From contig CAZXFD010000002.1 in NCBI GenBank assembly GCA_964640635.1, positions 26,153 through 90,152 of the forward strand: DNA of 64,000 nt, written 5' to 3'. Both the position numbers and the translations under genes were made by a program. This DNA is from an uncultured Gammaproteobacteria bacterium. GTDB taxonomy: Bacteria > Patescibacteriota > Patescibacteriia > UBA1558 > S5-K13. How positions within the stretch are numbered: the first letter of the stretch is position 1; every line of letters begins with the position of its first letter. The notes under the pieces are model-generated. The model saw only the letters and a list, made by a program, of their open reading frames with translations, made no database searches and was not told the DNA's origin. Shown here piece by piece: positions 61,801-64,000 of this stretch.

Positions 61801-64000
61801 GCAACTATTCCACTAGTAACCGCTAATTGTCCGTTTACTGTTGTGCTTGCAAAAGTAGCAATTCCATTTAATAGGATAGAATAATTATTTGCTAATATAG
61901 AATTATTACCAATTTCTAAATTATTATTAAATGTCGATACTCCATTAACTAATAAATTTGAAATTGTTGTAGATGCCAATGTGCTTGTTCCATTTACCGT
62001 TAGGTTTCCAGAAATTGTTCCACCACCTAATCCTAAATACATTGAACTAGCTGTAGCTACTGTTAAGTAATCTGCATCATTTGTCCATTGTCTAATTGTT
62101 GATGTTGCAAAATTTGAAACTGATAAGCTTGTTGAGACGGCAGACCAATATGGATCTGATTCTGTATATGATGTTAAGTATCCTGCGAGTGAATGGTCAC
62201 CCCAACTATATGCATCGTCCCAAAAAGATGAAGATGCTGAAACTATATTATATGACTCATTCCATTGTAATGAATTACCACCTATTACTGATATAAGATT
62301 TGATACATACAGATTTGTCCCTGTTGCAGATGTGAAGTTTAAGTCAGAAATAGTGGTTGAAGCAAATGTTAAATTCCCAAGAGTTGTATTTCCATTAATA
62401 ACTAAATTATTTAAAGTTGTTGTTCCACTGACTGTCAAGTCCGTAATTGTTGTTGTTGCAAGAGTGCTCGTTCCAGTTACGGTAAAATCTCCATCAACAA
62501 AAGATGAAGAAGCAACTCCAGTTCCAACTCCAACAGGATCTCCATTCCAATAAAGAATTCCGTTTATATTATAAAGTGTGTTTGCTGTAACAAGTGGCGT
62601 TGAAGATGCAATTGTAATTCCATTTTGCATCACACTAATTTCTGATGCAATTATATTTGCAAAAGTTGAAGTGCCACTTACTGTCAAATCATTACTTATG
62701 CTTGTTGTAGAAAGATTCGTTATTCCAGAGACTGCCAAATTTCCAGAAATATTTTGGTTGCCAGAAATATTTATAGCATTTGCAAATGTAACATTTCCAT
62801 TAAATATTACATCGTCTTCAAATCTAGCACGAGCTGTTACTATAACCCCTGCATTTGTATCGCTTGATACTGTAAGCGCATCTGAAACAGATAAGTTTTC
62901 TACTGCTAAAAAACGCGAAACGCTCAAATCCCGCATTAGAACTTGAGCTGTATATGTATTTGTATTAGTCCATGTATTATTTGACTCCAGTGACGCACCA
63001 TTTTGAATAATAGTTGTAGAACCACCACCTGACCCACTAGGTCCCATTGGACCCGCCGGACCAGTAGCACCAATATCTCCTTTTGCTCCTTTATCTCCTT
63101 TGGTGCCATTATTACCTGCAACTCCTCTTGGTCCCATTGGACCAGCAATACTAATTCCCTCAGATTTAACAACATTTTGAATAATTGTATCTCCATAACT
63201 ATTACTATAATAATTTTGAATAATAGGAGCATCTGGATTATATGAATAAAAATTTTGAGATTTTTCTAAATCTGCAAGATCAGTTATTGAATTTGCAAAG
63301 TTTTTCCAAAAAGCTAAATTTGCATTCTCACTTCTTTTTGTAAGTTGTATAGAAAATCTATAAGGACTCTGTCTATAAAAATTAATTTTATCTAAAATAT
63401 TTAAAACTATATTTGTCTGACTAAGCTTTACACCATTTTTAGAAAAAACTGATTCTTTCATTCCCAATACTCGAGATTTATTTTGATCGTTTTCTAGATT
63501 AGAGCTATAAGATAAAAATTTATTTTGTAATTTATTAACATTAACTTTTCCATTTTCAAGAACATTAAAATCTTCTGAAATTTTTACAAGATTATTTTTA
63601 TAAGAATCAATTTGATAATCAGATGAATTAAAAACAAAATATACTTGCTCTGGAGTTTCAATATATTTTGATTTTAGAGATTCATTAAACAAACCAACTT
63701 TCTCAAATAAATTTTCTAAATTATTTTTATAAGAATAAAAAAGTTTGTCTACTGCAACCTGAGTAGATTCTTTTATTGAGTTTTCATTTTTGGAGAAACT
63801 TGCAATTGCAAGGGGAGAAAAAGTTTTTGTGATAATAAGAATTGCAACAAGTGCAACAGAAAAATTTAGAGATCTAATAAATTGATCTAGGGAATAATTT
63901 TTATTAAATTTAAAAGTTGGTAATTTTTTATCTTGAGAGATTTTTGCAAAACTAATATTTCTAAAATTATTACCCAAGTCTGAAAATAATTTTTGTGACA
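43896..64000 (-). CDS. Giant (>6693 aa) fibre/adhesin-like surface protein; frame is open to the window edge so the true start may be upstream
   Basis: TM near the N-terminus, collagen G-X-Y stretch, beta-strand repeats, GNVGIGTTTP repeats, 14-aa SNFFG repeats, two Peptidase_G2-like IMC domains, two pectinesterase-like beta-helices; no in-frame stop between 63977 and 64000. Confidence 0.85.
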   Translation of the reverse strand, partial: SQKLFSDLGNNFRNISFAKISQDKKLPTFKFNKNYSLDQFIRSLNFSVALVAILIITKTFSPLAIASFSKNENSIKESTQVAVDKLFYSYKNNLENLFEKVGLFNESLKSKYIETPEQVYFVFNSSDYQIDSYKNNLVKISEDFNVLENGKVNVNKLQNKFLSYSSNLENDQNKSRVLGMKESVFSKNGVKLSQTNIVLNILDKINFYRQSPYRFSIQLTKRSENANLAFWKNFANSITDLADLEKSQNFYSYNPDAPIIQNYYSNSYGDTIIQNVVKSEGISIAGPMGPRGVAGNNGTKGDKGAKGDIGATGPAGPMGPSGSGGGSTTIIQNGASLESNNTWTNTNTYTAQVLMRDLSVSRFLAVENLSVSDALTVSSDTNAGVIVTARARFEDDVIFNGNVTFANAINISGNQNISGNLAVSGITNLSTTSISNDLTVSGTSTFANIIASEISVMQNGITIASSTPLVTANTLYNINGILYWNGDPVGVGTGVASSSFVDGDFTVTGTSTLATTTITDLTVSGTTTLNNLVINGNTTLGNLTFASTTISDLNFTSATGTNLYVSNLISVIGGNSLQWNESYNIVSASSSFWDDAYSWGDHSLAGYLTSYTESDPYWSAVSTSLSVSNFATSTIRQWTNDADYLTVATASSMYLGLGGGTISGNLTVNGTSTLASTTISNLLVNGVSTFNNNLEIGNNSILANNYSILLNGIATFASTTVNGQLAVTSGIVATGTINLAGNIIASGDLQIQGNTTLQSLTYTSATGTTLALSSLTVSSTSNLAAISGTSLNISGSTNLNELTVASSTISNNFVVLGVTNLASTTISSLIVSGNTTTTGDQVVSGNLNVFGTTTLNNLAITGGLNLGNITIASTSITNLTFNSATGTNLNIDTLTFRNASGISVTSTNLFASILRAVNATIENTITALIGRFTNLESEHTTSTELVAGTATVTSSLTSLGITNLATTTLSSTTLTTLNFTSATGTNLYVSNLISVIGGNSLQWNESYNIVSASSSFWDDAYSWGDHSLAGYLTSYTESDPYWSAVSTSLSVSNFATSTIRQWTNDADYLTVATASSMYLGLGGGTISGNLTVNGTSTLASTTISNLLVNGVSTFNNNLEIGNNSILANNYSILLNGIATFASTTVNGQLAVTSGIVATGTINLAGNIIASGDLQIQGNTTLQSLTYTSATGTTLALSSLTVSSTSNLAAISGTSLNISGSTNLNELTVASSTISNNFVVLGFTNLASTTISQLSVTNSAYIGGNATITRTLFVVDNNTLYVDSVNHKVGIGTSSLVQALNVAGTIRTTDLAGEGLGNRCLYVSPDGDILAKSGDCGTATSTGDDFGTHIATQNIRLGNYWLSGDGGNEGIKVDSNGNVGVNVATPLARLNVGGTTEQLRLSYDVSNYSSFTVSSTGNLTIAPSGLNTYITGKLYASSDLIIGANATISAISGNIETVGSLSVVSTSTLGNIQISGSSIGLSGNANLLTLSNSGLNITGVVTSTNSYVTNNLIVGNNLNVFGTSTLASTSISNLTVTGLSTLATTTLSSTTVTGNFLVGTSLLFANVLNGRIGIGTTTPAFTLDVNGIVNAKDLYVNGSQYTGSQWTTFGNSIYYNSGNVGIGTTTPNAGLHIVTSTTQLTLGYDSSNYSTLSTNSSGDLVATSASGKILLGNTIVNISADGTNLFVGSDAGFGASSVSNSNFLGQYSGARAENAADSNFFGQYSGDRSTNASNSNFFGQAAGARAEYASNSNFFGQAAGAEATNASNSNFFGQAAGAEATNASNSNFLGYYAGSRAINASDSIFIGTNAGNNDGVDNTQNYGTSILIGRYTSTGGYSDSIAIGRGTANSAERQLNIGNVLYGTGIYNHDATNPTPIVGGRIGIGIEAPSSTLHVVSNSTTQFTLGYSESKYVTFGTNSFGDLRVTPNGGTTTLASNLFVTGTSNLQNLQVTNATTTGNLAVVGFTNLATTTINGNLTINGTVIGTGLFTSSTINNLVFANATGTQSLVVTGYTTLATTTLTRNVIPDMTGSVTTNVSLIMLGDETHQFKDIYTDELHLGPSSLYVNGKKVIQDNSNVMNFTTSPDQSLKVITSGNLGALGLESQHTISLNSSSTLSMNSKESISLLVPNDLDGKGISIQTNSSGGSITLSALDGSSQILSRAGLRIALTAPTIDLYGTTNIHGSLSVTGTITNATWGGNIIGVPYGGTGTTTFTSGGILLGNGTGEINATRVFANGELLIGDGTGAPTIGTLTQGSLISIVNGAGSIAINHAVSSALGQTNLGGTVIQSIALDNYGHISTISSTSLDNRYHTTSSADSLFVNVSGDTMTGNLIVDGTSDFATTTISNLIVDGGVTTTINGLLFNGLNIAVSGNSNLLTLSNTGIAIGGVVTSTGIYNSGALMVLGNTILASTTINGTLQVNGNATTTGNQVVLGFTNLVSTTIAGAVVINGTVTTTIGGDVNFDSNTLVIDSVNNRVGIGIANPALALEINGSIRVGANGYVSDTGGSRMGYLSSGVWGAYSPNADFRIRGYNGTSVTDVLYADTAGSTGFIGIGTTTPNYKLSVVSSSSTENLLQIATTTNQGIFVVNSDGNVGIGTTTPRFTLDVNGVVNATALYVNGSPYIGSQWTTNGASIYYNIGNVGIGTTTPNAGLHVVTTTTQLTLENSAGNYTNINTNANGFLTVSPSGASSTIVGSLRITSGLVVSGNATTSGNQIVSGNLNVSGISTLATTTIASLSLSGSLNDSTNSAGSDGMVLRSTGTSTQWVSTSTIVGGNALVNLNGLTSSAQNFATGTSGNIFNIVSSGSTHTFNMPIASSVNTGQLQNSDWSMFNNKLSGAGVANYLLRYVTATTTATSSVYDNGTIIGLGSRATITVSSGDITTLGTLSASGTLAVTGNATMHSDLRVVGTSTLGNVQITGNNIGLVGNADLLTLANSGLQIDGIVTSTQMYVSGNAVVAGTLFVSDGSSTTPSIAFIGDPDTGFYRYSDNTISITAGSNEAMRISDTQISMFNPVSFEAVGNVAIANDLIFTNSSASYIKSESALYVQTNSAYLDLNLVLSAANLGDVIVDDTLIVTGTSTLATTTINGTLVVNGNATTTGNQAVSGNLTVGGTINGSFISTSSTFTNLTFGSATGTNLYVSGNTSLASTSVAGTFDATGIISAFGGNSMNWNSAYGWGNHADAGYLLGSTASTIYLSLSTWFSTTTLPSNIVNSSLTGVGVLNSGSINTGFGTILTNNTITGSVINGTTGINTGADSGTQRIDASGNLVNIGTISSGLINGQTISSSANFTGTLTVVGTSTLATSTISQLAVTNGLNVSGFSILANLQVTNATTTGNLAVFGFTNLASTTITGSFILNGVDIGNGYFSSSTISNLAFTNATGTQSLVILGNTTLATTTVNGNAIFNGNTTTVVNNFLVGANDLFVNHSNGYVGIGTTTPSSALHILNANAQLKLGYDSLNYTNFQNSGGGLDIHTYAPAVNHPYTRFSFNSNDGLDIGSFSDINEGGFYEVNGDGVIAGFDYDDNRFVYGGRALTINLGDIGIGTSTPTSKLTVSGDTLLYGNATTTGNLVVSGFTKLASTTITGNLSITGNSTITGNQFISNNLQINNNLKVAAVLSVGDFITLDGQGGNITGASALVGNPYVGELYIGGDFYGDDLGLYDVSNDFMIAGKNYNTGIYQYGGAFSSSDGLFINNGNVGIGTSTPTSKLTVSGDALLYGNATTTGSHYINNLITESLNVSGVSMLDSLTVSNTVTTTNLIVTSTSTLGNMLIAGNNIGLSGNANLLTLLTSGLNISGVVTSTNSNVTNNLVVGNNLNVLGVSTLASTTVTGAFAVNTNQLYINPLNGYVGIGTTSPQYALDVYSSDNYLGQLRANHGIFGDRYTSNYVNVGYDILGGEIGMSWNVNDELIVGVNSAQTAYKFGGYSDDAGISVNINSGYIGIGTTTPLSRLTVSGDALLYGNGTTTGSYYIGSALNVSGLSTLANLQVTNATTTGNLAVLGITNLASTTITGSFILNGVDIGNGYFSSSTISNLAFTNATGTNSLVMLGNTTLASTTIAGSFSVNTNQLYVNPLNGYVGIGTVDPGNTLHVSSSDSIAARFTSFDSSRGGLYLGNNNSYSTDEFGLYDAGGDMPLVVYEASPDSMNDVIHYNNISVNPSTGNVGIGTTTPAFTLDVNGIVNATDLYVNGSKYIGSQWTSNGNSIYYNTGNVGIGTTTPNAGLHIVTSTTQLTLGYDSSNYSTLATDNYGNLVISPSGNMITFAPAAVDSVNIVGDIQGTGKNIIGLYSSTGDQVLAEINITDQTYTYGNGALLIDEANSNSLFSNNLIIGSGATITSTGIATFATTTVTGLIASNNGVSISSSTPIITTNTLYNLGGNLYWNGSAVGSGAESDPIWMAASSSYALLSGANFSGDISVGGRATITASSGDITTVGKISASGTLAVSGNVNLFSDLTVAGTSTFGNVQIAGNNIGLASNANLLTLSNNSISISGDLSVGGNATFTGNILPSADNIYTLGSDTNRWKDLYLGPNSINIGVAGNYALLGYSTTSNYLSFNPSGNGISQFVMTDTGYLGIGTTTPSQALTLNGNIQFDGDGNIMADTVVNFNTSINVGGTVTSSNGFAVGNTTVVNALGNISGDRVDEVVSGRSTYNSLNDRFNAITANYSSILSNASLFSDSFQTTTNVNTSNTTAAYNSMIGTIQNNTDAWTKIDINYGTGDNIRSISGTIVYGNKLYVATYGYGIKVLNLDTEAIVGQWTATSTPSLAQVNFTSIAYDYDRNDIYAGFYSAGPGLVKIDVDANTITTYTTANGLKSNTIGNQLGNVMQYYNGKVYLFPSGSYMQVFNVVSGTFTDYDNSPDSGLPSGSYYDVQAYGNELHISTSVGFYIWNMDTDTLVKRYYSNGPQGLYNYTNVIYSSWQDPDDSDIVWLSSASSWQKLSKTNGWQEFHRVDQEISLNTSLYWIRKIGGQLWFGGYSSYRPDGYLVYDLNAENYFVISGTQKILGNAIFTSSYHQRPLYYNGYYYFSIYAFADIYKSQLAYEASNIFETNVIVSSANNITSAKLTYSGGVGTGNSINWYLSADNGVHWEGPVTPNVLWEFTNIGTQVKAKAVMTAGVGTTPIIRGITVTAFDGDTWAGEGSNTVETEVLQARNSSSYGIFGSLDLRLEDIDTKISLAVTSTHTHDDRYLQVSGGTVSGSVIVSGNITSNNLYTSADSTYNLGTSTAYWLNTYSDNLYLNSTAYLSGTTAGAIAVNGNLGVGTSSPSSKLDVYVASPSANQRLFNIGTSGNASRFSVDAEGDYFYDGTGSSPSADYAEYFYTTNIDLVSGEVVCIDVSRNNSVIRCNRSSDTNIMGVVSTKPALLGNAKEEYRDNNNYKMIALLGQIPGRVSNENGNINPGDSLTSGSRSGYLMKANPGDSTVGIALESLSASEGSINVLISRRNKSLTVEQIESQITDRIANMEIEDEVAIMISNAIGSYNFASTTQILINDSLATVYSSLDQTSDTVAILADEINKLKGLDYKTNVWDFISDASSMGNLYQVNLQTANSYGFGDFNDIYVTGENATGYSIYNKLSTVYDGKAQTAFGNYTELQTSDEVDVNYGSYIVSASDSKAGTQIGQYINLNSASTTNWAIFVDNLGGKSYFGDNVLVGSEVPVLSWTEFNMTGDDLFVKGDIGIGGNMFVDGALSVKGNAEFLGDLLVIGDIYSSGSFKSSNSGYAQMMELTNSNFEYGDVVVLNEGNSVKLSDRANSSNILGIIAEKPAFISGNSETGKPIVTMGASLVNVTASNGLIKKGDYLTTSNEPGKAQKASKLGAGVIGIAMEDMEGGHDQIAISVQIGYFNNHVNTIEVAKTGGDFDNILSAMSSITDNSESKRYVINIKSGEYSETITLKPYVDVICENSSSTIIIGSSAPAVIGANNSRIENCSLKSIGSASNVSVVSIAGSGPVINNNRIISEVASGVGINIENTTAGKISPVISENEFIGSMSQGIVNFASDNDMIVMNNNIQNVTGSAIATLNGVITSSGNIFKGMLVDINIGENGKLFSTNDKFETLENIGTFIDFTGNGNKLAHYVIDGFMLESTSINSLVASLSSGEAYVNGTHISIKPIKQITLLPNVDNYIYISNLGEILVTSERSDENKVLLSTAKTDASSILAISNDRQNEVVVAKQGGDYTSISEALSKIKLNSANNRWLITVKPGIYNEQVTLIPFVDIVGSGRENTRITQINRPAVVAASKSSISNITLANYADEIGQEVVSINAVSVTSTEYDKFSFAMTNVLVDYNKSSFAPNYASSSAIKITSGLDNENLSSGSTSSVSLVDLKLNSVETRNADIAINWNLYDENWSATSTSRLLSHIDISNSRLSSNYSDIRTRAFTGDIISSTEYLETINAVSLISSSYNLYSGSNLSFDLGSGTKLTTSHDNYGKVVGSNALILNDFNRNVAQYDDLWVLQNNGSRIMSVNGNGNILMSPQNVALDSFSMSQNISSTTLTVVASENNIAANFFGRVVISPTLNASGTSSGIAELMFSSDGVISANGNKLQVGKSGDTVDLNVEGVAYILPDSAVRDTITAYVDVPRVDTRVWGNGENSWKPAEDIKILKLKAQYKCGDGGSITLRLEDKNNSELAIISGGNCSNGYANIESGDLNINLTSEDGMHVVVTQISGGGEESEGPSQLTITVEYVYRRDLASGNSNKNNN
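60259..62341. repeat. 811-bp intragenic direct repeat (60259-61069 and 61531-62341)
   Basis: Offset 1272 nt; only one mismatch noticed (60275/61547); identical shadow ORFs in both copies. Confidence 0.9.

Noticed and set aside
51880-62341. Near-identical repeats as DGR template/variable regions
   Set aside because: No reverse transcriptase in the window; both copies are coding and the differences do not look adenine-specific.
44374-62946. Numerous short plus-strand ORFs opposite the giant gene, and similar short ORFs overlapping housekeeping genes elsewhere
   Set aside because: Shadow ORFs produced by codon bias of the real genes; no independent motifs.
1-64000. Alternative genetic code (TGA recoding as in Gracilibacteria/SR1)
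   Set aside because: Long genes are intact under code 11 and TGA terminates genes (e.g. at 7406, 12530 and 30828).

Overview
Very AT-rich bacterial chromosome segment using the standard code (TGA ends genes, Trp is TGG). Gene content and style point to a Patescibacteria/CPR (Parcubacteria-like) genome; this is inference from mostly SD-less starts, a CPR-type pilin, a DUF2341/LamG protein and a giant ATTT/ASST-rich surface protein. From left to right: 3' end of miaA, HIT and YdcF-like genes, a pyrB-pyrI-argF operon, gatB, argS, glycosyltransferases, an AmmeMemoRadiSam-type cluster, a GT2/O-antigen-ligase operon interrupted by a 1921-aa repeat/GNAT-like protein, a fermentative cluster (pfkB, pduL, ackA, 2-oxoacid oxidoreductase alpha/beta/gamma, gap), a pilin, rplY, tgt, recO, ileS, a MerR HTH, a LamG adhesin and a >6693-aa fibre-like surface protein that runs off the window. 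No tRNA, rRNA, CRISPR array, transposase or reverse transcriptase was seen. The main signals not in the ORF track are: (1) ultra-short GC-rich palindromic elements that appear inserted precisely, without target duplication, into intergenic 7-mer arrays, into each other, and in frame into a CDS; (2) a standalone ~230-nt structured transcript with two CCUCCUCCUUA (anti-Shine-Dalgarno-like) motifs; (3) a pyrL-like leader-peptide attenuator upstream of pyrBI and an OTC; (4) the modular giant protein with one intact and one apparently inactive autocleavage chaperone domain. All calls come from motif reading by eye; no database search or folding program was run.
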